A stretch of 44,406 nucleotides of DNA from a virus. Taxonomy: Duplodnaviria > Heunggongvirae > Uroviricota > Caudoviricetes. This document shows, in pieces, positions 1 through 7,565 of the stretch. A program made the translations under genes and the position numbers. Position 1 is the stretch's first letter. Each line of letters starts with the position of its first letter. The stretch lies in the IMG/VR virus record IMGVR_UViG_3300042564_000253; one strand, written 5' to 3'. The notes below the pieces were generated by a model, which did not search any database, was not told where the DNA came from, and saw only the letters and a program-made list of their open reading frames with translations.

Positions 1-13
1 TAAACATAATCAA

Positions 14-274
14 ATGATTGCAACAGCATGGGACGTTAGTCCAGAACCAAAACAAGAAGCAGATTTACCTTTACAATCTAAACTTCACATTGAAAGACTT
101 CAATTATCAGAGAAGATTGAAAAGTTAAAAATCTTCATAACAATGAATTCTGAATTTAAAGCATTAAACTACAGACATTCACGTTTACTAGAAGAGCAAT
201 TAGCATCTATGCAAATGTATGAAGGTGTTTTAGTCCAAAGAATGGCAATATTAAATAACCCAAATCAAAATTAA
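14..274 (+). CDS. small coiled-coil phage protein, resembles the crAss001 gp48-related family
   Basis: Motif ERLQLSEKIEKLKIFI...F..L.....LLEEQL..MQ.Y..VL..R recalled from that family; 86 aa. Confidence 0.55.
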   Translation: MIATAWDVSPEPKQEADLPLQSKLHIERLQLSEKIEKLKIFITMNSEFKALNYRHSRLLEEQLASMQMYEGVLVQRMAILNNPNQN

Positions 275-275
275 C

Positions 276-539
276 ATGAATTTATTCTTTTACACAAGAG
301 AAGTAGATGGAAAGATCTACACAGACAGTTTTAACATTAACAAGGTAGTTAGGTCTATGCAAGTAGATGAAAACAAAGTAATCCTTGTATTAGATGACAT
401 ACATGAGCGTTCTGAACAAGTACCTGATGTTAAAAATGGTAAAGTGGTTGGTTCCAAAAGAGAACGTAACACTTTCCAAACAGAAATCACATTAAGTGGT
501 AACGACATTGAAAGATTCCATAACCTAGCAAATAAATAA
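276..539 (+). CDS. hypothetical protein
   Basis: 87-aa ORF tightly packed (1-nt gaps) in a co-oriented run. Confidence 0.7.
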   Translation: MNLFFYTREVDGKIYTDSFNINKVVRSMQVDENKVILVLDDIHERSEQVPDVKNGKVVGSKRERNTFQTEITLSGNDIERFHNLANK

Positions 540-540
540 A

Positions 541-822
541 ATGAAACTATTAGGAAATCGCATCTATTTAGAGATGCCAAAGCAAGATGAAGACAGTAAG
601 TTAATTGTAGATGACAACACTAAAGAAGCATTACAAAGAGAAATGCTTAAGAAGTTCTCTAAGTTAACAGTTCACACAGTGGGTGATACTATATCAAATA
701 TAAAAACAGGAGATGTAGTGTTGGTAGATCCAGGTGTATTAGCAAAAGCTCCATTAGTAGACTTATCAGAAACTGAGCAAGTATTACTAGTATCTCCATT
801 TGATGTTATAATGATTTGGTAA
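541..822 (+). CDS. groES: GroES/Cpn10-like co-chaperonin
   Basis: 93 aa; KLLGNRIYL, VHTVGD...IKTGDVVLV and LLVSPFDVIMIW follow the Cpn10 pattern; mobile loop is divergent. Confidence 0.65.
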   Translation: MKLLGNRIYLEMPKQDEDSKLIVDDNTKEALQREMLKKFSKLTVHTVGDTISNIKTGDVVLVDPGVLAKAPLVDLSETEQVLLVSPFDVIMIW

Positions 823-823
823 T

Positions 824-1594
824 ATGAACTATCCATTTATATCATGTAAGTGTATAACATATGGAAGAGTAGCCACGCTTGAGGAGAGCGTTGAGTCTTT
901 TCTCAAGCAGGACTACCCTGCAGATAAGTGCGAACTTATCATAGTAAATGACTATGCCTTACAAACTCTTGTATTTGATCACCCACAAGTTAAGGTAGTT
1001 AACCTAGTTAAGACCTTTGAGACCATAGGAGAGAAAGAAAACTATGCTACAGAACTGTGTCAAGGAGATATTATATGCCAATGGGACGATGATGATGTAG
1101 CCCTACCAAACCATCTAAATAACGTAGCTAAATACATGACAGAAGAAGTTAACATACTTCATTGGCAGATAGGTGTATTATGTCATATTACAGGTATTGA
1201 GCAAGTTGGTTGGATAGGTAATTCTGGTCTTGTGTTTAGAAAAGCAGCTTGGAAAGCAATAGGGGGACATCCTCTTGAAAATGCTGGATATGATATGACT
1301 TTCATTGAAAGACTACATAAACATGGAGGTAGACTATTTGCTACTCCACCTAAAGAAGAAGCTAGCTGGTTCTATATGTGGGGAGGAAGAGGATACCACA
1401 TGAGTGGAGAAGGTACAGATCATCCTAAAAAACTCAACGCTATACAAAGACACAGTGCTCACATTGAATCTGAAAGACGTTTAGGAAAAGTTCCTACAGG
1501 AGATGTTCAATTAAATCCCCATTGGGATAAAGATTATTCAGAATTATTAAAAGACTATTTAAAATGGCACATCCAGAACAAAGAACCTTCATGA
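824..1594 (+). CDS. GT2-family (GT-A) glycosyltransferase
   Basis: CITYGR..LEESVESFLKQDY, ELIIVND, GEKENYA, QWDDDD (DxD). Confidence 0.85.
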   Translation: MNYPFISCKCITYGRVATLEESVESFLKQDYPADKCELIIVNDYALQTLVFDHPQVKVVNLVKTFETIGEKENYATELCQGDIICQWDDDDVALPNHLNNVAKYMTEEVNILHWQIGVLCHITGIEQVGWIGNSGLVFRKAAWKAIGGHPLENAGYDMTFIERLHKHGGRLFATPPKEEASWFYMWGGRGYHMSGEGTDHPKKLNAIQRHSAHIESERRLGKVPTGDVQLNPHWDKDYSELLKDYLKWHIQNKEPS

Positions 1595-2100
1595 CTTACG
1601 TAAAGGAAAAGTTTCCTGAGAAGTTTGTCAATTGTAGAGTGTTAGATGTTGGTTCATTAGATATTAATGGAAACAATAGATATCTATTTACAAATTATAA
1701 GTACATTGGTGTAGATATTGGAGCAGGTAATAATGTAGATGTTGTATGTAGAGGACATGAGTTTAAAGACTCTGAAGGATTTGATATTGTTATATCAGCT
1801 GAATGCTTTGAGCATGATGAGTTCTGGAAGGATACAATTAAAAACTGTATTGCTTTAACTAAACCAGGAGGAGTGTTCTTATTTAGCTGTGCTACAACAG
1901 GGAGACCTGAGCATGGTACCAAGAGAAGTAATCCTCAAGACTCTCCATTTACATCCTTAATAGAAAATGATTACTATATGAATCTTACAGAACAAGATGT
2001 TCGTGAAGAGATAGATATGGAAAATCATTTCTCACAACATGAGTTTGTTGCTAGAGAAACATGGCCTCAAGATTTATATTTCTGGGGAATCAAGAAATAA
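1564..2100 (+). CDS. class I SAM-dependent methyltransferase
   Basis: VLDVGS motif I, YIGVDIGAG.NVDVV, FDIVISAECFEHD, LTKPGG. Confidence 0.85.
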   Translation: MAHPEQRTFMTYVKEKFPEKFVNCRVLDVGSLDINGNNRYLFTNYKYIGVDIGAGNNVDVVCRGHEFKDSEGFDIVISAECFEHDEFWKDTIKNCIALTKPGGVFLFSCATTGRPEHGTKRSNPQDSPFTSLIENDYYMNLTEQDVREEIDMENHFSQHEFVARETWPQDLYFWGIKK

Positions 2101-2132
2101 AAAAAGCCTCCATTTCTGGGGGCTTTTCTTTT
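2101..2132 (+). terminator. intrinsic terminator, possibly bidirectional
   Basis: aaaagcctcca-tttc-tgggggctttt stem (one G.U pair on +) followed by ttttctttt; lies between convergent genes. Confidence 0.75.
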
Positions 2133-2253
2133 CTCCCATTGGGAGCAGACCTATAATACTGAGACTATAGGGGGGAAACATTCTCCTTTAAGGGTCCCAT
2201 TCTAGACTGGGTTGCCACAACCTAAGCGTGCAGTTTTTAATTGCAGGAGGAGA
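2129..2253. ncRNA. candidate structured RNA (multi-hairpin element)
   Basis: Closing stem tctccc/gggaga encloses four hairpins in a non-coding gap that is visibly GC-richer than its flanks; family not recognised. Confidence 0.3.
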
Positions 2254-2256
2254 TAA

Positions 2257-2463
2257 TTATTTTGATAACCTCTTTTGTTTAAGAGGCCACATTTTACTTT
2301 TCAATCTAGCAGGAGTATCAGACTCCTTCATATAATTACCATTAATTGGTTTAGGAGGAGCTACCTTTGGAGCTGGTCTTGGTGTACCAGAACCTTTAGC
2401 TTTCCCTGCAGTCATTGGCTTTACTGACCTTGCTGCTTTAGTAGTTACTTTAGCTGATTTCAT
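2257..2463 (-). CDS. small Lys/Pro-rich basic protein
   Basis: ATG at 2463 overlaps the upstream stop (TAATG); 68 aa. Confidence 0.7.
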   Translation of the reverse strand: MKSAKVTTKAARSVKPMTAGKAKGSGTPRPAPKVAPPKPINGNYMKESDTPARLKSKMWPLKQKRLSK

Positions 2464-3272
2464 TAGCAACCATTTTTACATTTGCCACCTTTTTTCATCA
2501 TAGATGTACCATACTTAGCTTTAGTTAAACCTACAGCTTTTGTAGCTTTACCTGTGTAGTTTTTACCAATTTGTCTGTCATAACTACCAAGTTGCATAGA
2601 TACAGTGCCACCATGCTTATATTTCTTTTTCATACCACCTTTCTTCATAGTAGGTACCATAGAAGCAGCTTCACCACCATATTGCATTTTTTTACCAAAC
2701 TTAGCTTTTTTCTTAGCACCTGCAATCTTATCTGCAAATGTAGCACTAGGATTATTATCTACACCAGCTTTTACTGATAACATACCAAATGATGTCTTCT
2801 TTCCATTTTGAGCTTTTTTAATGATCTTACCACCTTTCTTCATTTCTCCAGCTTCACGTTTTTTAGCTACTTTATATAAAGAATCAGCTTTTGCTCTATT
2901 AGTTTTACTATTTTCAAGTTTTTCTTTCAATGTTTTACCTGTTATAGGCAATTTACGTAAAGAGTCTGAAGATTTGTAATCACGATCAGCTTGTTTAAGA
3001 TCTGCACCAGCTTTTTTAAGGCTTTTAACAATACCATTTTGTGCTTTCTTAATTATTTTACCACCTTTTTTCATAGGTTGTGCCATAGATCTTCTTTCTG
3101 CTATAGCTTTAGCTAGTCTTGGATTTTCAGCACCTCTAGCATCTCTTCTAGCATCGATTCTATTAGCTACTCTTCTAGCTCTTCCTTCATATGTTCCGTT
3201 AGATTCTTCAATTCTATCAACTCTTTTTACTTGACGATTATTAAGATTCAAAGGTTTTACAATTACTCCCAT
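2463..3272 (-). CDS. Lys-rich basic protein with repeated MKKGG/xQxG motifs (putative internal virion protein)
   Basis: MKKGGKIIKKAQNG occurs twice; also MQYGG, MKKGG, YKHGG, MMKKGG. Confidence 0.8.
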   Translation of the reverse strand: MGVIVKPLNLNNRQVKRVDRIEESNGTYEGRARRVANRIDARRDARGAENPRLAKAIAERRSMAQPMKKGGKIIKKAQNGIVKSLKKAGADLKQADRDYKSSDSLRKLPITGKTLKEKLENSKTNRAKADSLYKVAKKREAGEMKKGGKIIKKAQNGKKTSFGMLSVKAGVDNNPSATFADKIAGAKKKAKFGKKMQYGGEAASMVPTMKKGGMKKKYKHGGTVSMQLGSYDRQIGKNYTGKATKAVGLTKAKYGTSMMKKGGKCKNGC

Positions 3273-3291
3273 TTTTTATAATTTTAATTTG

Positions 3292-3711
3292 TTAACATTT
3301 CCATTTACGTAAAGACTTATTAATCCTACTGTTAGGATCATTAGCAGTCTTAGAACTTGTAAGTTTACTTTTCATACCAGACATCCTAGCACAGAATGAT
3401 TTCTTTCTAGGACCTCCTTGAGGTTGTGGTGCTTTAAGACCTGGCTTACCTGGGTTAGCTCTGTTGTAAGAGGCTCTACCTTTAGCGTTGAGACCACCTG
3501 AAGGATTTTTACCTGCCTTGCGTTGCCATGCTGGTGTTTTACCACCATTCTTTAACGATGTACCATCTTTTTTAATTAGATGACCATTAGGAACAGGTGT
3601 GATAGAACCTTTAATAGGACTTAAAGTGTCTCCATTTCTGAGAACACCTTTACCTACATAGGCTTCAGCCTTCTGTGGGTTATATACTTTTGTTTTAGGT
3701 ATTCTTGCCAT
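3292..3711 (-). CDS. basic phage protein with a widespread C-terminal domain (DUF6321-like)
   Basis: AWQRKAGKNPSGGLNAKGRASYN...KKSFCARMSGMK..LTSSKTANDPNSRINKSLRKWKC. Confidence 0.75.
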   Translation of the reverse strand: MARIPKTKVYNPQKAEAYVGKGVLRNGDTLSPIKGSITPVPNGHLIKKDGTSLKNGGKTPAWQRKAGKNPSGGLNAKGRASYNRANPGKPGLKAPQPQGGPRKKSFCARMSGMKSKLTSSKTANDPNSRINKSLRKWKC

Positions 3712-3712
3712 A

Positions 3713-3865
3713 TTATTTACCTTTTCTAGCTCTGCCCATTGCTTTAAATGTCTTAGCTAAAGCTTTACGCTTAGGAGTACATGTAGCTTTGGTCATTGGT
3801 GTACAATATCCTTTATGCTTAGGGTTAACAGCATCTTGTATCCAATTCTTTTTAGCTGTTGCCAT
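3713..3865 (-). CDS. 50-aa basic protein (not in ORF track)
   Basis: Read manually: MATAKKNWIQDAVNPKHKGYCTPMTKATCTPKRKALAKTFKAMGRARKGK; fills the gap between neighbours exactly. Confidence 0.75.
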   Translation of the reverse strand: MATAKKNWIQDAVNPKHKGYCTPMTKATCTPKRKALAKTFKAMGRARKGK

Positions 3866-3867
3866 AA

Positions 3868-4221
3868 CTATTTCTTTTTAGATTTCAACTTAGGAGCCAT
3901 TTCACCACTACGCTTCTCCACTAATTCAGATTCACGCTTTAACGCTGCTTTTCTGAAACCTGCTGGATTAACTTCTTTTGTAGCTTTTTGTTTTTTATCA
4001 AGACCATAAGACTTTTCAGAACGACCCATCTTACCACCCATTTTCATCTTAGTAGCACCTAGTTCTTTATCTCTAGTTAACTTAGCTTTGCCTTTAGCAC
4101 CTGCTAAGGTAGCTTCTTGAACTTTAGTCCAAGCACCTTGAGGATCAATAGGTCCTACACGCTTATCAGAAGCTTTCATTCCTGATAGGCTACCCATTCT
4201 ATCTTTTGTTATCTTTGCCAT
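3868..4221 (-). CDS. Lys-rich basic protein
   Basis: 117 aa, contains KMKMGGKM. Confidence 0.75.
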   Translation of the reverse strand: MAKITKDRMGSLSGMKASDKRVGPIDPQGAWTKVQEATLAGAKGKAKLTRDKELGATKMKMGGKMGRSEKSYGLDKKQKATKEVNPAGFRKAALKRESELVEKRSGEMAPKLKSKKK

Positions 4222-4223
4222 TG

Positions 4224-4664
4224 TTATTTTGTTTTAGCTTTTATTTTCTTCTCTTGTTTCAACATAGCAGCTGTAGGTTTCTTTCCAGATCCTTTGTTAG
4301 CACGAATGTTATCCCATAATCCTCTTTTAGAATAAGAACCATCAGCACGTTTTAACATGCCACCTGCTTTCATTTTGGTTTTACCACCAAACTTTTGCAT
4401 TATAACCTTACCATTTTTATCAGTTTTGTATGGGTTCTCACCTTTTTTATAGATTTTATCATCTAGTATAGGTCCTTTTTTAGGAGCTACTTTAGCTTTA
4501 GGTTTAGTTGCTGAAGCTTTTTTAGCACCTAACATCTTATCATAGTTACTATTTTCATAGTTAGACTTAGACTTTGGAATCATCTTTCCAGGAAACATTT
4601 CACTCTCAACCATTCCTTTAGGAACATTTTTGCCTGTTTGGGCTTTCTTCATAACTTTTGCCAT
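4224..4664 (-). CDS. Lys-rich basic protein
   Basis: Likely start MAKVMKK at 4664; motifs KKAQTG, MQKFGG, MKAGG; C-terminal GLWDNIRANKGSGKKP. Confidence 0.75.
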   Translation of the reverse strand: MAKVMKKAQTGKNVPKGMVESEMFPGKMIPKSKSNYENSNYDKMLGAKKASATKPKAKVAPKKGPILDDKIYKKGENPYKTDKNGKVIMQKFGGKTKMKAGGMLKRADGSYSKRGLWDNIRANKGSGKKPTAAMLKQEKKIKAKTK

Positions 4665-4668
4665 AATC

Positions 4669-4941
4669 TTATTTGTTTTCTGGAATCTCAACAATTATAC
4701 CTGATTCAACACCACTAGCTAATGTTTTTTCAAGAACATCACCAGCTTCATGTGCTAGGATAATAGTCTGTGCTTCCTTTGTACTTGTAATAGAACGTAA
4801 TGTGTTCAATAATAATCCAAAATCATTACCACTAATTGTAAAGTTTGTCTCTGGAGACCAGGCATACTTCTTTGTTGGATCAAACTTAGGACCTTGAGGT
4901 GCTTGTTTAGCAACGTCTTCGAAATTGATAATCTCTGCCAT
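4669..4941 (-). CDS. hypothetical protein
   Basis: 90-aa ORF immediately downstream of a TAnnTTTG element. Confidence 0.7.
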   Translation of the reverse strand: MAEIINFEDVAKQAPQGPKFDPTKKYAWSPETNFTISGNDFGLLLNTLRSITSTKEAQTIILAHEAGDVLEKTLASGVESGIIVEIPENK

Positions 4942-4965
4942 ATAATTATATTTTTGGTTTAGTCA

Positions 4966-4973
4966 CAAAGATA
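4966..4973 (-). promoter_or_regulatory. Bacteroidota sigma70 -7 element (TATCTTTG)
   Basis: Matches TAnnTTTG, 24 nt upstream of ATG 4941, in an intergenic gap. Confidence 0.55.
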
Positions 4974-4978
4974 TGTGT

Positions 4979-5272
4979 TTACTGCGTATCTTCCAAATTT
5001 ATTTCAAACACTATAGTTGCAGAACTCTTAATACTTTTAGATAGATTTAGTCTAATCTTGAACAGGTTGTGTAGCTTTAATATCTCCTGCAGCAACATAT
5101 CATTGTACATAGGCAATGAGGGAGCCAATCTAAAGTGATACGAGAGAGGGTTCTTAGTGACCTCTAACGTAGAAAGTTCATCAACTGAAGCAATTACTCC
5201 CTCAAGATGTGCAAAATAAGCAAGTTCGTTATCTTGCATCACTTGAGGGAAGAATTTTTTATTTACTTGCAT
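4979..5272 (-). CDS. hypothetical protein
   Basis: 97 aa, TAATG-coupled to the upstream gene. Confidence 0.7.
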   Translation of the reverse strand: MQVNKKFFPQVMQDNELAYFAHLEGVIASVDELSTLEVTKNPLSYHFRLAPSLPMYNDMLLQEILKLHNLFKIRLNLSKSIKSSATIVFEINLEDTQ

Positions 5273-5676
5273 TAAGACAAGGTTAATAAGTATTTAGTTT
5301 TTGCAGCTTCACCACTTAAGGCATCAGCTAAATTGGCTATATCATGATAGCTGTTTGCTTCACCATAGCTTTTCAATGAAGATGCAAAAGATAAAAGATT
5401 TGACACACATTCATTTCCTGTACAATTTGTAAGAGGTTCTATCTTGTATGGAGCAGGTCTTTTACCTGTATACCCCATAAGCTTCTCTATCACACCATCT
5501 TTAAAGTCTTGTACATAATCATACAATCCTCCTAGAGCTTGATGCTCAGCATAACTAGTTGTTTGCCAGTGAGTTAAATGTAATTGCTCATGAAAATATG
5601 TAAGCTTCCCAGCTATTGTTTCCAAGTTTAATTCTCCTGATTTCATCATCTCATCAGGGAATAGTGATTTTGCCAT
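5272..5676 (-). CDS. ferritin/Dps-like four-helix-bundle protein (DUF5856-like)
   Basis: HEQLHLTHWQTTSYAEHQALGGLYDYVQDFKDGVIEK resembles the Dps ferroxidase signature H..HW.....H..L..Y......D...E. Confidence 0.75.
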   Translation of the reverse strand: MAKSLFPDEMMKSGELNLETIAGKLTYFHEQLHLTHWQTTSYAEHQALGGLYDYVQDFKDGVIEKLMGYTGKRPAPYKIEPLTNCTGNECVSNLLSFASSLKSYGEANSYHDIANLADALSGEAAKTKYLLTLS

Positions 5677-5699
5677 AATTATTTAATTGGAATTATTAG

Positions 5700-6173
5700 T
5701 TATCTCGCACAACCTTCTGAATTGTTACAAGAAGCAGTTCCACCAGTGATTATAAGTCCATCATCTCCTGTTACAGCTGTAGAAGAACATACAATTGAAA
5801 TTGTATCTGCTTGAATAGCTGTAGATGTAGGTACTTCACTACCACAATCTGTATATGTGTAATCAAGTGGTCCTGCTGTTTGATTGTCTACTGTATAACA
5901 GAAACACTCAGGTCCTGCAGTAGTTGTTGTTGATGTAGTGCTTGTTGATGTGCTAGTGCTTGTTGATGTGCTAGTACTAGTAGTTGTTGTAGTCACTGGA
6001 GCCTCTGTAGTAGTGGTTGTAGTGGTTGTAGGATTACAACACTCGTTTGCATCTATCTCTTGCCAGTTACCAACCTTTGGTTTTGATCTTTGTAGTATTA
6101 AACTACCTGCTATCACACGTCCTGTACCATCGTAACGTACATACGCTTTTAATCTATTATTGCTATTTGCCAT
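5700..6173 (-). CDS. putative virion decoration protein: shared N-terminal domain, Thr/Ser linker, Cys-containing C-terminal domain
   Basis: N-terminal ~46 aa paralogous to 6185..6370; linker PTTTTTTTTEAPVTTTTTSTSTSTSTSTSTSTTSTTTT. Confidence 0.75.
   Translation of the reverse strand: MANSNNRLKAYVRYDGTGRVIAGSLILQRSKPKVGNWQEIDANECCNPTTTTTTTTEAPVTTTTTSTSTSTSTSTSTSTTSTTTTAGPECFCYTVDNQTAGPLDYTYTDCGSEVPTSTAIQADTISIVCSSTAVTGDDGLIITGGTASCNNSEGCAR
5938..5973. repeat. exact 18-bp tandem duplication
   Basis: gtgcttgttgatgtgcta x2 inside the (ST)n linker coding sequence. Confidence 0.9.
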
Positions 6174-6184
6174 GTTTATTTAAT

Positions 6185-6370
6185 TTAACGAGGTTCAGTG
6201 GTTGTTGTTGTTGTTGTAGGAACATAATTGCAGCATTCATAAGCTGGGATCTCTACCCACTTACCCACTTTTGGTTTCTTTCTTCTTAAGATTAGGCTGC
6301 TTGGAACGATTCTTCCAGTACCATCAAAGCGTACATAAGCTTTGAGAGGGCGATTAGTATTCTGGGCCAT
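6185..6370 (-). CDS. 61-aa paralog of the 5700..6173 N-terminus, ending in a poly-Thr tail
   Basis: LKAYVRFDGTGRIVPSSLILRRKKPKVGKWVEIPAYECC then PTTTTTTTEPR. Confidence 0.8.
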   Translation of the reverse strand: MAQNTNRPLKAYVRFDGTGRIVPSSLILRRKKPKVGKWVEIPAYECCNYVPTTTTTTTEPR

Positions 6371-6372
6371 AA

Positions 6373-7389
6373 TTAATAATTTATATTATATTTTGTTTTT
6401 ATTTCTATAAGTTGTGTTAGATAGTAATGATTAGCTTTTTTCTTAGTAGTCTCATCATTAAGCACCTTATCTAAATGTGTATCTAGAAAAGGATCTTTAC
6501 CTGCGTGATATGCTCCTTTATAGAAAGCAGGATATCCCATACTAGTCTGTCCTGTAATCCCTGCATTGTGTAATAATGTTGTTCTCTCTAACTTCTCTAT
6601 AGGATCTGAAGACCAACAGAATTCCAATTCAGGAATGTTCTTTGTTTCTTTCTCTCTAAGCCAAACGTTCCATAGCACAGCCCACATATCTGCACACCAG
6701 CTTTGAAACCCTTTGTCTTCATTTTTGAAGAACTCTTTATTTATATTCTGAAGGTAAACACGTATTAGTATACAGTCATTCATTACCTTCTTCCAAAACT
6801 CACTATCTATATTCTTAAGGAAGTATTGAGCTCCTCCTGAATGATCATTGTTAGCTTCAGCTATCTCTCTTGTTATACCCACTAAGCTTGTAAGCTCAGC
6901 TAAGACATCTCTAGTTCTATACTCTTCCAGTTTGTCTGGTAGAACATCTCTTTCTTTACTATCAAAATATGAAGCGTTGATATAACTGTTTGTATCAGAC
7001 AAGTAGTTTATATCATCATCTTTAAATTTATCTATATCAAACTTTTCTGTGAAGATTACATCACAATCACAGTAAAACACTGCTTTGGACACCATCTCAG
7101 GATTGTCCTGGAAATATCTCATTAAGCAATAGGGACGTAGAATAGGAATATACACTCCTAAATACTGACTAACATCTCCTGTATCCTTGTAGAAAGCAAA
7201 TTGTGCTTCTGGATACAGCTCCATTATCTTCTCCCATTTACCATTATATTCTCTGAAACTAGGTGTGTACACTAAAACAATAGCTTTGTCTGAGTGTCCA
7301 AGCTTCTTCAAGCTTTCCAACCATAGATGTACCTGCCATGTGTAGTAGACATCATCTGGTTGTGCACAGATAAATTTAAGATCCTTCAT
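6373..7389 (-). CDS. GT-A glycosyltransferase resembling plant HPAT (GT95) / peptidyl-serine galactosyltransferase (GT96)
   Basis: Collinear motifs YYTWQ, YIPILRPY, FYCDCDVIF (DxD), SGGAQY, SWCADMWA, LLHNAG. Confidence 0.7.
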   Translation of the reverse strand: MKDLKFICAQPDDVYYTWQVHLWLESLKKLGHSDKAIVLVYTPSFREYNGKWEKIMELYPEAQFAFYKDTGDVSQYLGVYIPILRPYCLMRYFQDNPEMVSKAVFYCDCDVIFTEKFDIDKFKDDDINYLSDTNSYINASYFDSKERDVLPDKLEEYRTRDVLAELTSLVGITREIAEANNDHSGGAQYFLKNIDSEFWKKVMNDCILIRVYLQNINKEFFKNEDKGFQSWCADMWAVLWNVWLREKETKNIPELEFCWSSDPIEKLERTTLLHNAGITGQTSMGYPAFYKGAYHAGKDPFLDTHLDKVLNDETTKKKANHYYLTQLIEIKTKYNINY

Positions 7390-7415
7390 ATATGTAGTTT
7401 GTTGGTTTCTCTTTA

Positions 7416-7553
7416 TTAAGGAGCAGGTGTGGTAGTTGTAGTAGTAGTCCCACCTTTATATAATATACCTGTAAGGTATTCCAATTGCTTAGATATTTGC
7501 CAAAGCAATTTAGATTTTTGACTCCAGCCTATTTGTTGTGAAGGTATTGCCAT
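7416..7553 (-). CDS. 45-aa paralog of the 7566..8423 N-terminus, ending in a poly-Thr tail (not in ORF track)
   Basis: Read manually: [45 protein letters not shown]. Confidence 0.8.
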   Translation of the reverse strand: MAIPSQQIGWSQKSKLLWQISKQLEYLTGILYKGGTTTTTTTPAP

Positions 7554-7565
7554 TATTAATATATT

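Noticed and set aside
2141-2199. tRNA-like or hammerhead-like reading (CCA at 2197-2199; CTGAGA and GAAA nearby)
   Set aside because: No 7-bp acceptor stem, TTC T-loop or anticodon arm, and the sequence does not match CUGANGA; retained only as an unclassified structured element.
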